A stretch of DNA of 64,000 bases from Eledone cirrhosa (Eukaryota), in NCBI GenBank assembly GCA_964016885.1, contig OZ024741.1, positions 297,910,001 to 297,974,000 of the forward strand. Direction: 5' to 3'. Positions 1-13,137 of the stretch are shown in pieces; within the stretch, counting starts at the first letter, position 1, and the number at the start of each line of letters is the position of its first letter. A program made the position numbers and the translations under genes. The notes below the pieces were generated by a model. The model searched no databases, was not told where the DNA came from, and saw only the letters and a program-made list of their open reading frames with translations.

Positions 1-61
1 GGGAATTGTCCCACTTAAGGCAAGATTGATTGGGTGACCGTGTCTCGCTCGTACAGGACTG

Positions 62-483
62 TATCATCACCATTTTACGCCCGTTCTTCCACGCTAGCAT
101 GGGTTAGACGGGTTGTCCTGTTGTGGGCAGTGTCCGGTCAGCTGACCTTGTCTTGCTCATACGGGAACTGATTCTGGCTTGATTTCTACAGCTGGATGCC
201 CTTCCTAACACCAACCTCATTTACAGTGGGTGCTTTTTTTCTGTGGCGCCCTACACGTACTTTTACAGTGTGGGCTGGGTGCTGTTTTGCCGTGGCACCT
301 CCACGACCACTTTGCAGTGGAATGATAGGGACCCCAGTCCTATCATCTCATTTCTACAGCTGAGTAAACTGGAGCAATATGAAATAAACTGTCTTGCTCA
401 AGGAAACAACACATCACTCGGTCCGAGAATTGAACTAACAACCTTTCGATTGCAAGCCCAATGCTCTAACCACTAAGCCATGC
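62..483 (-). mobile_element. tRNA-derived CORE-type SINE with RTE-derived 3' half (tail type A)
   Basis: Reverse strand reads A-box TGGCTTAGTGG, B-box GTTCAATTC, CORE-like TCCTTGAGCAAGACA..CAGTTTACTCAGCTGTAGAAATG, then ~250 bp matching the RTE 3'UTR at 47915-48178, ending in (GAT)n. Further copies at 7577, 8367 and 61230. Confidence 0.85.
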
Positions 484-524
484 GTATATTATGACCCATA
501 CACTGTTCACTTTCCTGGGCTCTT

Positions 525-650
525 TACATTCTGAGTTCAAATCCCGCCAAGGTTAACTTTGCCTTTCATCCTTACGGGGTCGATAAAATAAAGCGCCAGT
601 AATGCACTGGGGTAATTGCTGGCATTGTGCTAAATGTAGAAACGATTATT
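525..650 (+). mobile_element. Second SINE family fragment (Deu/Nin-like central domain) inside a CR1 3'-tail remnant
   Basis: GAGTTCAAATCCCGCCAAGGTTAACTTTGCCTTTCATCCTTACGGGGTCGATAAAAT recurs at 58935-59050. Flanks 490-520 and 660-727 match the CR1 tail at 43605-43730. Domain name is from memory of SINE superfamilies. Confidence 0.6.
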
Positions 651-3600
651 CTAAGTACTATACATGCACCTTTGATGAGTTGTAGTGCGCCTGAGCACTG
701 TACACAATAGTTTTCATTATTATTATTTTAATAACAACAGCAACATCAATGAGGAGGAGGAGGATAGCTGTCATTGTGATGCTGATAAGGATGATGATGA
801 TGATGATAATGACATGGAATAAAATGGATCTCTATTGGTTTCAATAATGAGTGTTCCAGTAGTTTGAGCAACAGAACAGCCAGCTCCAGAAACTAACATA
901 CAAGTGGCTGAATATTCCACAAACAAGTGCTTCCATAACATAATTCTTAAGGAGATTCAGCATAGCACAATGTTTGAAGCTGGCCCTTTGAATTACAGGT
1001 ACAAGTCCATTTAACAGTTTTGTTGATCTAATTTCACTTGCCGAAGATGCCATACAGCAGAATCAAATCCAGAACCTTTTGGTTGTAAACTAAACTTCTT
1101 AAGCATTTAACCATACTGTGTCCAAACTGATATATTTATTAATCAATATTAAAAATATCTCATATTGTAACAGTAAATCGATGGGTGTTATAAACTAGTG
1201 TGGTCTTTCTCTTCAGCATCAGAAAATACCTTAGCAGTTTCCACCAAAATTACTAACCTTCTACAAAGTTCAGGTATTATATTAATATTCTTAATTCTGG
1301 TAAGGAGTTGCTGCTACACACACAAACATCCTCGACTGTATCTAAAGAAAGATTGGCATGGCATCATTCACAAACATACTCCTGCTTCAAACCCATAAAC
1401 GTGCAGTCTCCTCTTTTTGTCTTTTCCACTACTTCAATGACCACTGCTCCCTGAAACTGGCTAGTCTTGTGCCATTGTCAATTAATCTTTTAGCAGTTAA
1501 GAAGATATTTTGTTGTAATAGCCGAAAAAGAAGTTATTGTTATTTGGCTGTAGCTTGGTTGAAGGTTGTAACACTTTAGCAGAAAAGAGAAGTTATTTGA
1601 TGTGGTTAGATGTCGCTGGGTTGTTGGTTGAAGCCACTTTAAATGATGAATCTTTAATATAGTTGTTGTTGGCAAGTGAGTAAGTGAAGTTGAGAGAAGC
1701 TATGTCCTATTTAAGGGAACAAAAACTGTACTCACTTGTGTGAGAAATGATATTACCTTGGGAAAAATGATTTTCCCATATCACATCAGAAGAAATATTT
1801 TTAGTATGTGTGTAGATTCAATGGTAGCAGGAATTATCAGAAGGCATCAAAAACTTTTTTGTAAAGGGTTTATTTTCAACCGTTCAGTATTACAATTAAA
1901 TGCTGCTGGCTCGCTGCATGAGTAAGTGAAACAAAAATGAAGTGTTGGAAGAAAGAGGTTGGTCCCTTGCCGATAGGGTTAAAGTTTCTTTTTTTACGTT
2001 ACATCTTGCTAGTATCGACATGAGAACGTAAATAAGTCTTGTTTCCACGAAGTGAATGCAGCAACTGTCTGAAGTAAAAAATTTAAAAAAAAAAACGCGA
2101 AATTTTTTAGCTGGGCGGAAGTTGTCACTTGGTATTTCTGTGACGTCGGTTTAGAGGCCCTGCAATTTACCAAGCGCAACCCAATTGCTCCACCACGGCA
2201 AGTAGTGCCTTTGCTTACTACAATCTCTCCTCTCATCACATATATTGTGTTTAACTCCCAGGCATTGCACTAATCACTATGCCTACATTTCTTTCCCAGA
2301 ACGTTAGCCCTATGGAATTCCTTCGATGCACATATCTTTGCAACAGTAAAACCAGAGGGCAAACACCATCAATCTCACCTGTCTCAGATGGTCAGTCAAG
2401 AACATGAGTACTGTCCCTATGTGGTGGCACAAGCTGCTAGAAATCACACCCAAACCTCCCTCAACTCATATTCCACACTCTTGGAAAAGGAAAGGAGACA
2501 TTTGATAATAGAATTGTAGACGTAAATTTAAAACGACTGGGTGGCTATAGGTTTCCTTAGTCGAAGCTGATTAGTGGTTAAACAACTACAGCATCAGCAA
2601 TGAACGAAATAAAATTTATATATTTCAAAATTACTTTTTATACAAAGTTTCGATATGATTTCTGTAGCTTCATGCTATCATAGTAAAGTTTTTAACAAGA
2701 ATCTAAAGTATTTTTAATATACTTACCAAACGATCGTTCGTTACTGACAAAACAAGTTTTTTCATTGTAGTGTTAGTTAATGTTTTTTTAATAATTTCGT
2801 ACTATACATTCAATTCTTTCTTCTCAATTAAATAAAATGGTTGGAAATAATAGTGAAATGAAAATAGCACAGGCGGTGGAGCGCGGGGGTAAAATATTTC
2901 TGCAAAATCAGAAATGAAGAACGCTTTGTTGTTAATGACAACAAATGTAAGGGAGGTAACTTTGTAACATTTTTCAAAGATTAACGGGCCTTCTTCAGTT
3001 ACATTGATGAGTGTACCAATTGTTCGATCAACGAAACAGCCTGCCCATAAAAGTAACGTGTAAGTAACTGAGCATTCCCCAGACGTATGCAAGATTAACA
3101 TTATTCTCAGAGAGATTCAGCATAAGACAATGTGTGACAAAGCTGGTCCTTTGATGTACAGTCCATCCGACAGGCTTCCAAATTGTTGCCATCTATTGCT
3201 TATAAAGCATACTCGAAGCTAGATTGACACTGGCGACGCAATGGGATCGAGCTTAGGACCTAATGATTCTTCAGCATGCTATGTCTGGCTTGTTATCTAA
3301 GCCAATCATTTACTAAAGTTGAAACCAACATCTACAAGTCTTTCCTTTCAAACTAAACATAAAGAATGTTTTTATGAACAAATTGAATAAGTCTAGTATT
3401 CTCACCTTCATTGTTATATTCATGTTTTGATTGCTGTACCTTAGAGTCTTCTTCAGACGTCTGTTGTCTTTAATAACGTTCTCAGAATTTTAAACTAAAT
3501 CTTATTTTTAAACTACATGGGTAGATTGTTCTCATTCTATTGTCCACATTCAAAGTCTCTTCAAAAGATGTTCAAGAAATATATATATGAACAAATCATG

Positions 3601-4202
3601 ATTGACTGTTGTAAAGCTTTACCAGAAAATGTGGTGTGGTTGAGAACAATTAAATCGTTAATACTGTAAATTGTTGGTATAGTGTTCTTGTTTGTTGCCT
3701 AAGCATATAGATAATTATGGGGTGTTGCAGTGGCTGTGTGGTGATACTGCATTAGTATTAGGACATTGTTAGGCACTCCAACGCTATTAGCTGTCAGTCC
3801 AAGCAGCCGATGGAAACAGGCGAAGGTGACGTCACTCGTCAAACATCGTTTATTTCCGTATTACTACCACGCGTAAGTGGAGTTTTCATGCGTTTTTTGG
3901 AGAGAGAGAGTGAAAAGGGAGGAGAGAGAAGGAAGACTTAAAAGGGCCAAATTAGAAAACAAATAGAAAACAAGTCATGGTTATAAAGCATATCGATGTA
4001 AGTGGAGTTACTTAAATGAAAATATAGGTGGCCCTTAAAAGGGCCAAATTAGAAAACAAGTCATGGTTATCAAATAAATTTGATTTATTCATTTATATTT
4101 TCATTATTCACCAACCTTATTCAAAAGCATGTTTAGAAACATTTATTTCACCAACCTTATTCAGATGAATGGAATCAGATGACGGATATGTTCTAATAAC
4201 TT

Positions 4203-5040
4203 TTAGAAAATTTCTCCTTTAAATTCATACCGCCACATGAATTCAATGAGGTGGGTTTGAAGCAAATTTCTGGCTGTCCCGTTTTCCCTTTTATTCCTAT
4301 TTTTTACGTGTTTCCACAAGCATTCTATGTGATTCGTTGTGGCAAATGTTACTGGATCAACAAAATTGATCGAATGGTTCACCGTCAAATGTTGATAGCC
4401 TAGCTGATCGATCGTATTATAGGAACGCCATAGATCAGATATTATGGTTGTCCCTGGCAATATACGATCCTGTATAAAGGTTAAAAATGTCTCCGCTGTC
4501 CTGTCTTCTACTGCTACTAAAATACATCTTCTGGTACTTCTTTCCAAATAACCCAAAACCCACTGTGTTTTCACAGAATGGCCACGATGGTATTTCCTTC
4601 TCACGAATGCGCTTTCATCAATCTCGACAATTCGGTTTGGCCGGCCAAGCTTAATATTTTGTGCCACATAGTACTCTGCACATACATCACGGCAAACATG
4701 TCGCCAATCTGCTACGGCCACATTCGCGATACGACATTCCTCTGAAATCTTCTTTTGCCCAAAAATATAATATATCAACTATTTGTTCACACTTCAAATT
4801 GCTATTTTCTAAAAATGTGCTTTTTCTAATAGAAACCTATTTTCTACATGGTCTTTTACATGACCAGATAATCCCATCTGACACATTTTGTTTCGTTACT
4901 TCCAACATACGTTGACCACATGAAGGGCAGACCTTTTGTGTATTCAGAAGTCCTTGAATTTTCAACCAATTGACGGTATCTGCTGTAGTAGCGGTAGCGA
5001 TGGAAAGATCGCGGTGGTTAATTCCCTTAACACTTGGATA
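4203..5040 (-). pseudogene. Merlin/ISXO2-like DDE transposase, disrupted
   Basis: ORF 4203-4778 has VEIDES..RRKYHRG..QWVLG, TIISDLWRSY, H.TVNHS.NFVDP..TN.IE..W, EFMWR. The manually translated upstream frame gives a Zn-ribbon WL..QGLL..CPSCG..M..DG..W.C..PCRK*VSIRK.TF with one stop and a frameshift near 4745. Confidence 0.9.
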
Positions 5041-5365
5041 TATTATAGAACTCGTTTTTCAACTTGCAGATGCGTGTATTATCACAAAGTGAAGATTAAA
5101 GTTTATTTATTTACACGTGGTGTTGGTGGTGATTGTTGCTGATTAGTGGGGGTTGTCGCTTGTCTCCATGGGTACTGTATCCATGCTTTTGAATAAGGTT
5201 GGTGAAAATAATTTGTTTTCTAAACATTTCTTCATAAATATATAGCGTTGGTGAAAAAAGTCTGATAACCATAATTTGGCCCTTTTAAGGGCCACCTATA
5301 TTTTCATTTAAGTTAACTCCACTGTTGGTGAAAATGACTTGTTTTTTATATTGATAACCATAACT

Positions 5366-5510
5366 ATGAAAATATGTGACGTCATTCGTCAACCTTCCCC
5401 TACTTTCACTTCTGACAGCTAATACCATGAACTGTAAAAATACAGTTCATGGTATTAGCTGTCAGAAATGAAAGTAGGGAAGGTTGACGAATGACGTCAC
5501 ATATTTTCAT
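5366..5510. repeat. Near-perfect palindrome (~70 bp arms, 4-nt AAAA loop) made of Merlin TIR-like sequence
   Basis: ATGAAAATATGTGACGTCATTCGTCAACC..CTGACAGCTAATACCATGAACTGTA-AAAA-TACAGTTCATGGTATTAGCTGTCAG..GACGAATGACGTCACATATTTTCAT. Confidence 0.95.
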
Positions 5511-5519
5511 GTGTGTGTG

Positions 5520-6507
5520 TGCAAATTTCAATAATATTAAGACACCCTAATGGGGGTTAAACCCCTATAGAGAAAAGTTTGGCCAATAAATGGAACAAGA
5601 TTTTACGAACTCCTCCTATGGTTTTAGAGATAGACCCCCATATCCATATATATTCTGAAACTACATTGCCCAGGGTACTTGTATAAGTATATTTCATTTT
5701 AATCAAAGGGTTCATCGGGGGCACAGAACCGCCGCTGAAACTTTACCTTCGATTTATATGAAATTTAAACCATTGGTAAATGACAAGATATGATGCCTAT
5801 TCACAAAATTTCAGCAAATTTCAATAAAATTAAAATACCCTAATGGTGATTAAACACCCTATTAGGGTTCACCGGTGGCACAAACCCCTGCTGAAAATGT
5901 TTTCCCTTCGATTTATATGCAATTTAAACCATAGGTAAATGACAAGATATGATGCCTATTCACATTTCAGCAAATTTCAATAAAATTACAATACCCTAAT
6001 GGGGGTTAAACCCCCTATTAGGGTTCACCAGGGGGCACAAAATCCCTGCTGAAAATGTTTTCTGTTCGATTTATATGCAATTTAAACCATAGATAAATGA
6101 AGAGATATGATGCCTATTCACACAATTTCAATACTATAAGACACCTTAATGGTGGTTAAACCCCCTATTAGGGTCCCTCGGGGGTACAAACCCCCCACTG
6201 AAAACTTTTCCCTTTCGATTTATATGAAACTTAAATCATAGGTAAATGATAAGATATGATGCCTATTCACAAACGTTTTCAATTGATATTTTGAAAAAAA
6301 TTATTTACAAGAAACAAAATAAGAATAAGATTTAATAATGCAATTTTGATTTGATATATTACAAAAAATGATGTTTTCCAATTTTTCATGCATTATATTT
6401 TACATTGAATTTTTCTCCATAAATTATATCACTGATTTAAAATCATTCATCATTTTCTTATAAAAAAAAATGTGTGAAACGCAGCAAGGCGCTGGTAATT
6501 CGGCTAG
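5520..6507 (+). mobile_element. Non-autonomous Helitron-like element with ~155-bp internal tandem repeats (5' end missing)
   Basis: TGATGCCTATTCACA recurs at ~5791, 5950, 6108 and 6258. The element ends in a GC-rich segment plus CTAG|T (GCAGCAAGGCGCTGGTAATTCGGCTAGT). Confidence 0.6.
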
Positions 6508-6539
<32 letters not shown>

Positions 6540-6571
6540 AGTGTGTGTATATAGATATGTGTGTGTGTGTG

Positions 6572-7570
6572 TGCTCATTATGTAGGAGAGGTGTAGGTAG
6601 AAACTCCATCCTCTGCCCCATATGCAAACTATGGGTACACAAGAGATGTAGTGGGATCTCAGGAAGTTTAGTTAAGAATGTAGGCTTTACATGTAGCAGT
6701 TGCACCAGGACAGTAAGCAGCAAACAATCACTGAAAACAAGTGACATTCAAAGTCTGGGAGGACTTGGTAAAAACAATACCGAATTAGCAGCAGAGGGGG
6801 GGGGGGGGGGTTCTGAAAGAACGGGATGGAAGAAGTTGAGGGAGCTACTGCCACAGCTGGATACAGAAGGCTTTTCGCTCAGAATAAAAAGTAGACTGTA
6901 TGATGTGTGCATGGTAGTGAGAACGGCAATGTTGCATGGTAGTGAGAGCTGGGAGCTGTGTGTAGAAGACTTGCGTAGATTAGAAAGGAATGAAGCTTGT
7001 ATGCTCCGATGGATGTGTAATAGTAATATACGCGAACAGCAAAGCATAAACAAACTGAAAGAGAAACTAGGCATAAGAGGAATCAAATGTGTGCAGGAGA
7101 GGAGATTATGTTGGTATGGACATGTGATTTGTATGAAGGATGACAGCTACATAAAGTCCCAGAAAGACTTGAGATGAAGTGATAAAAGCCGACCTTGCCC
7201 AATTACACCCCTGAAAGGCAATGACACAGGACCAAGATCTCTGGCGTTATGAGGTAATACAGAAACCCCAACTTCCCACGAGCCCCAGGCCAAGGCTGAA
7301 ACATACATACAGTATGCACCACTCCATCCCACCCGCCAATATATCTTTCATGAGAACAGGCCGAAACACTGTAAAGTGGTCGTGATGGTGACACGGTAAA
7401 AAAACACCCAGTCCACACTGTAAAGTAGTCGTGGAGGAATCACAACAAAAAACACCCAGTACTCATTGTAAATGAGCTTGGCATTAGGAAGGGCATCCAG
7501 CTGTAGAAACCAAGCCAAAATCAGTTCTTTATGAGCAAGACATGGTCACCTGACCTAACATTGCCAACAA
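6572..7570 (+). mobile_element. 5'-truncated RTE LINE (family A) with 3'UTR
   Basis: CSLCRRGVGRNSILCPICKLWVHKRCSG..MLHGSE..MLRWMC..WYGHV, homologous to the C-terminus of ORF 49695-52922. Confidence 0.9.
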
Positions 7571-7576
7571 TAGAAG

Positions 7577-7771
7577 GCACATGGCTCAGTGGTTAGAGCA
7601 TTGGGCTTGCAATTGAAAGGTTGCAAGTTTAATTCTCGGACCGGGTGATGTGTTGTTTCCTTGAGCAAGACACTTTATTTCACATTGCTCCAGTTTACTC
7701 AGCTGTAGAAATGAGATGATAGGACTGGGGTCCCTATCATTCCACTGCAAAGTGGTCGTGGAGGTGCCACG

Positions 7772-7806
<35 letters not shown>

Positions 7807-7960
7807 ACCCAGCACTCACTGTAAATGAGGTTGGTGTTAGGAAGGGCATCCAGCCAGAATCAGTTCCCGTATGAGCAAGACAAGGTCAGCCGACTGGACA
7901 CTGCCCACAACAGGACAACCCATGCTAGCGTAGAAGAACTGACATAACATGATGATGATG
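7577..7960 (+). mobile_element. tRNA/CORE SINE, tail type A
   Basis: GCACATGGCTCAGTGGTTAGAGC head, CORE-like block, RTE-A 3'UTR, ending in (GAT)n. Confidence 0.85.
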
Positions 7961-7994
7961 AAATATAACAGAGTTTTATAGCTTGCTTGAAGCA

Positions 7995-8365
7995 TTGATG
8001 AATAGGAAACACAAATTTAAATTTTGAAAACCAAGTTGAGGGCCTTTGAACCCCAGGCTATTGCAATAGCTGCTCCTGATTTTAGATGTGGAAGACGGAA
8101 CCTTTGGTACCACACAGTGACGTCCTGTTCGAGAATTGGTCCAGCTCTCAATGCGAAAGTTTGGTCTTAGTCCCCCCAGGATTTTCCATATGTATATCAT
8201 TGCATATCTCTCCCGTCTTCATTCCGAGGAGTAGAGTTTCAGTTCTTTTAGACTCTCCCAGTAGTTTATCTCCATCGTGGCAACCTTCTTGGTGTAGCTT
8301 CGTTGGATTGCTTCAAGCTCCATGGTTAGTTTGATACAATGGGGGTGACCACAGCTGGGAGCATT
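7995..8365 (-). mobile_element. LINE (CR1/Jockey group) ORF2 C-terminal fragment
   Basis: Minus strand reads ..YWESLKELKLYSSE*RRERYAMIYIWKILGGL.PN.., a typical LINE C-terminal motif. Confidence 0.65.
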
Positions 8366-8366
8366 C

Positions 8367-8708
8367 ATCATTTCATTTTACGTCCACTTTTTCCCTGCTT
8401 GCAAGGGTGGGACGGGAACTGATTCTGGCTTGATTTCTACAGCTGGATGCCCTTCCTAACGCCAACTTCATTTGCTGGGTGCTTTTATCCTATGGCACCT
8501 CCACATCACAGTGTGGGCTGGGTGCTTTTTTTGCCGTGGCACCTCCACAACCACTTTGCAGTGGAATGATAGGGACCCCAGTTATCTCATTTCTACAGCT
8601 GAGTAAACTGGAGCAATGTGAAATAAAGTGTCTTGCTCAAGGAAACAACACATCACCCGGTGTGAGAATTGAACTCACAACCTTTCGATTGCAAGGCCAA
8701 TGCTCTCA
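8367..8708 (-). mobile_element. tRNA/CORE SINE, tail type B
   Basis: Same head and body as the SINE at 62-483, but its end CCCGTCCCACCCTTGCAAGCAGGGAAAA..GGACGTAAAATG matches the RTE-B end at 63506-63550. Confidence 0.85.
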
Positions 8709-8758
8709 ATATGTATACATATATATACTCACACATATATAAACTAATATACACACAC

Positions 8759-8824
<66 letters not shown>

Positions 8825-8827
<3 letters not shown>

Positions 8828-9415
8828 ATAATAATACATATGAAGACTAAAATCCAAAGAGGGCTCGATAGGGATAAATATATATCAATTATATAAGAAC
8901 CGTAGAGCAAATATTTATTAAAATAACAGATTAAAGTTTAAGCAAAGAATCGGCTGCTTTCACCCGTAATGGGATCTTCTGAAACTAAAAAAAAAAAAAA
9001 AATCAATCTGTAAATGCAGAAGTAAATCTTTCGAAAAACGTTGCAACCGAAGGAAGACAGGAAGACGATGCTTTGGTTCGTGGAGACGTAGTTTTAGGTA
9101 TTTCTTCATGCTTGCTACGGGTATGTTCTTTGTAGAAATATTGAGATGTTTCTGCATGATGAATATAAGTCAATGGAGTACTCAGTTAAAGGAGCCAAAT
9201 AGTAATAATAATAAATTTGAAGACTAACATCCAAAGAGGGCTCGATAAGGATAAATATATATCAAATATATAAGAACCGTAGAGTAAATATTTATTAAAA
9301 TAACAGATTAAAATTTAAGCAAAGAATCGGCTGCTTTCACCCTTAATGGGATCTTCTGAAATTAAAAGAAAAAAAAATAAAATCAATCTGTGAACACAGA
9401 AGTAAATATTTCAAA
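8825..9415. repeat. ~205-bp direct duplication
   Basis: TGAAGACTAA.ATCCAAAGAGGGCTCGATA..AATCAATCTGT.AA..CAGAAGTAAAT occurs at 8825-9030 and 9201-9415. Confidence 0.9.
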
Positions 9416-9419
9416 ATTG

Positions 9420-9676
9420 TTTCCTTCATTTTTGCATGTGCTATCAACTTCCAATATGCTCGTAGTGGATTATGCTTTTAGCATATTAACAAAAAATATG
9501 ACTTCCGCTGCAATAAAAAAATGACTAGCTTTGTAAATGGTATTTCCACCCACATCCTCCCTCTTTTTTCTGCAAAGCTAGTCATTTTCATCAGGTTTCC
9601 ATGTCATAACCATTGATAATATGTGCATAAAATAGTAATTTGCGAGCCCCATTTATGTCAAATTGGGTGGTAAGCA

Positions 9677-9716
<40 letters not shown>

Positions 9717-12700
9717 CAAATGAAAATTTGTCACACCAAGATCAATAGCTTGGTTTGATGTAGTATGGTGTACCTTGGTATGGTGTGGTTTGGTTTGGTT
9801 TGGTGAAGTTATGAAATGGAAACCAATTGTAAACGATAGATTCCCATGTCATATTCATTGATAATGTGTGGGAAATTAGTTATTTGCAAGCACCTTTGAT
9901 GTTAGTTTGAGGTGGTAACCACACAAAAAAAAAAAATAAAAAAAAAAATAAAAAAAAAAGCAGCTAGCAAATTTGTCACATTGATGTTCATACCATGGTG
10001 TGATGTAAATGATAGGAGTAGGTGTTTTGTAATAAATTTACCATATAGTGAAGTATGGTTATGGTGTGGATTCGGGTAGATTAATGTGCTGTGGTGTGCT
10101 TTGTTATAAGTGAGGATTTAAATTTCCACTTTGATTTATGTTAGAAAAAAATTTTTACGGCATTTTTGCATGTGCTATCAACTTCCAAGATGCTCACAGT
10201 GGATTATGCTTTTAGCATATTAACAAAAAATATGACTTCCGCTGCAATAAAAAATGACTAGCTTTGTAAATGTTATTTCCAACCACATCCCTCTTTTTTC
10301 TGCAAAGCTAGTCATTTTCATCAGGTTTCCATGTCATAACCATTGATAATATGTGCATAAAATAGTAATTTGAGAGCCCCATTTATGTCAAATTGGGTGG
10401 TAAGCACAAAAAAAAAAACAAAAAAAAAAAAAATTGCCAGATGAAAATTTGTCACACCAAAATCAATAGCTTGGTGTGATGTAGTATGGTATGATTTGGT
10501 GAAGTTTCTACAGAGATAGTAATTTTCGCCAGGTTTCCATGTCATAATTACTGATAAGTGGAAAAAAAATAGTCAATTGGGAGCACCTTTAATGTCAGAT
10601 TGGGTGGTAAGCACACACACACACTTAAAAAAAAAAAAAACGAAACGGGAAGAAAATATTTCACACCAAGATCAATAGCTTGGTGTGATGTAGTATGGTG
10701 TAACTTGGTATGGTGTGGTTTGGTTTGGTTAAGTTATGAAATGGAAACCAATTGTAAACGATAGATTCCCATGTCATATTCATTGATAATGTGTGGGAAA
10801 TTAGTTATTTGCAAGCACCTTTGATGTTAGTTTGAAGTGGTAACCACTAAAAAAAAAAAAAAAAAAAAATAAAGCAGGTAGCAAATTTCTCACATTGATG
10901 TTCATACCATGGTGTGATGTAAATGATAGGAGTAGGTGTTTTGTAATAAATTTACCATATAGTGAAGTATGGTTATGGTGTGGATTCGGGTAGATTAATG
11001 TGGTGTTGTGTGCTTTGTTATAAGTGAGGATTTAAATTTCCACTTTGATTTATGTTAGAAAACAAATTTTTCCTTCAGTTTTGAATGTGCTATCAACTTC
11101 CAAGATGCTCGCAGTGGACTATGCTTTTAGCATATTAACAAAAGATATGACTTTCGCTGCAATAAAAAAATGACTAGCTTTGTAAATGGTATTTCCATCC
11201 ACATCCTCCCTCTTTTTTCTACAAAGCTAGTCATTTTCATCAGCTTTCCATGTCATAACCATTGATAATATGTGCATAAAATAGTAATTTGCAAGCACCT
11301 TTTATGTCAAATTGGGTGGTAAGCACAAAAAAAAAAATTGCCAGATGAAAATTTGTCACACCAAAATCAATAGCTTGGTGTGATGTAGTATGGTGTAGTT
11401 TGGTGAAGTTTCTACAAAGATAGTAATTTTCGCCAGGTATCCATGTCATAATTACTGATAAGTAGAAAAAAAATAGTCAATTGGGAGCACCTTTAATGTC
11501 AGATTGGGTGGTAAGCACACACACACAAAAAAAAAAAAGGAAACGGGAAGAAAATATTTCACACCAAGATCAATAGCTTGGTGTGATGTAGTATGGTGTA
11601 ACTTGGTATGGTGTGGTTTGGTTTGGTAAAGTTATGAAATGGAAACCAATTGTAAACGATAGAATCCCATGTCATATTCATTGATAATGTGTGGGAAATT
11701 AGTTATTTGCAAGCACCTTTGATGTTAGTTTGAGGTGGTAACCACTAAAACAAAAAAAAAAAGCAGGTAGCAAATTTCTCACATTGATCTCCATACCATG
11801 GTGTGATGTAAATGTTAGGTGTTCTGTAATAAATTTACCATATAGTGAACTATGGTTATGGTGAATTTATGGTGTGGATTGGGGTAGATTAATGTGGTGT
11901 TGTGTGCTTTGTTATAAGTGAGGATTTAAATTTCCACTTTGATTTATGTTAGAAAACAAATTTTTCCTTCAATTTTTAATGTGCTATCAACTTCCAAGAT
12001 GCTCGCAGTGGATTATGCTTTTAGCATATTAACAAAAGATATGACTTCCGCTGCAATAAAAAAATGACTAGCTTTGTAAATGGTATTTCCACCCACATCC
12101 TCCCTCTTTTTTCTGCAAAGCTAGTCATTTTCATCAGCTTTCCATGTCATAACCATTGATAATATGTGCATAAAATAGTAATTTGCGAGCCCCATTTATG
12201 TCAAATTGGGTGATAAGCACAAAAAAAAAAAAAAAATTGCCAGATGAAAATTTGTCACACCAAAATCAATAGCTTGGTGCGATGGTGTCGTTTGGTGAAG
12301 TTTCTACAAAGATAGTAATTTTCGACAGGTTTCCCTGTCATAATTAATGATAAGTGAAAAAAAAATAGTCAATTGGGAGCACCTTTAATGTCAGATTGGA
12401 TGGTAAGCACACAGACAAAAAAAAAAAAAGGAAAGAAAATGTTTCACACCAAGATCAATAGCTTGGTGCAATGTAGTATGGTGCAACTTGGTATGGTGTG
12501 GTGAAGTTATGAAATGGAAACCAATTGTAAACGATAGATTCCCATGTCATATTCATTGATAATGTGTGGGAAATTAGTTATTTGCAAGCACCTTTAATGT
12601 TAGTTTGAGGTGGTAACCACTAAAAAAAAAAAAAAAGCAAGTAGCAAATTTGTCACGTTGAGTTCATACCATGGTGTGATTTAAATGATAGGAGTAGGTG

Positions 12701-13102
12701 TTTTGTAATAAATTTACCATATAGTGAACTATGGTTATGGTGAATTTATGGTGTGGATTGGGGTAGATTAATGTGTTGTGGTGTGCTTTGTTATAAGTGA
12801 GGATTTAAATTTCCACTTTGATTTATGTTAGAAAACAAATTTTTCCTTCATTTTTGCATGTGTTATCAACTTCCAAGATGCTCGCAGTGGATTATGCTTT
12901 TAGCATATTAACAAAAGATATCACCTTCCGCTGCAATAAAAAAATGACTAGCTTTGTAAATGGTATTTCCACCCACATCCTCCCTCTTTTTTCTGCAAAG
13001 CTAGTCATTTTCATCAGCTTTCCATGTCATAACCATTGATAATATGTGCATAAAATAGTAATTTGCGAGCCCCATTTATGTCAAATTGGGTGATAAGCAC
13101 AG

Positions 13103-13137
<35 letters not shown>

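Noticed and set aside
410-483. tRNA genes (also at 7577, 46675, 61230 and 63750)
   Set aside because: These are SINE heads continuing into CORE and LINE-derived sequence, without a full cloverleaf.
1380-2400. Old LINE tail split by a TTAA-flanked (piggyBac-like) insert
   Set aside because: Too decayed to define ends or TIRs by eye.
3420-3462. Fourth hammerhead motif (CTGAAGA on the minus strand)
   Set aside because: The GAAA box and stem I could not be formed convincingly.
4203-4778. Bacterial IS1595 contamination or horizontal transfer
   Set aside because: The motifs fit eukaryotic Merlin, and the element is embedded in animal repeats with a TSD.
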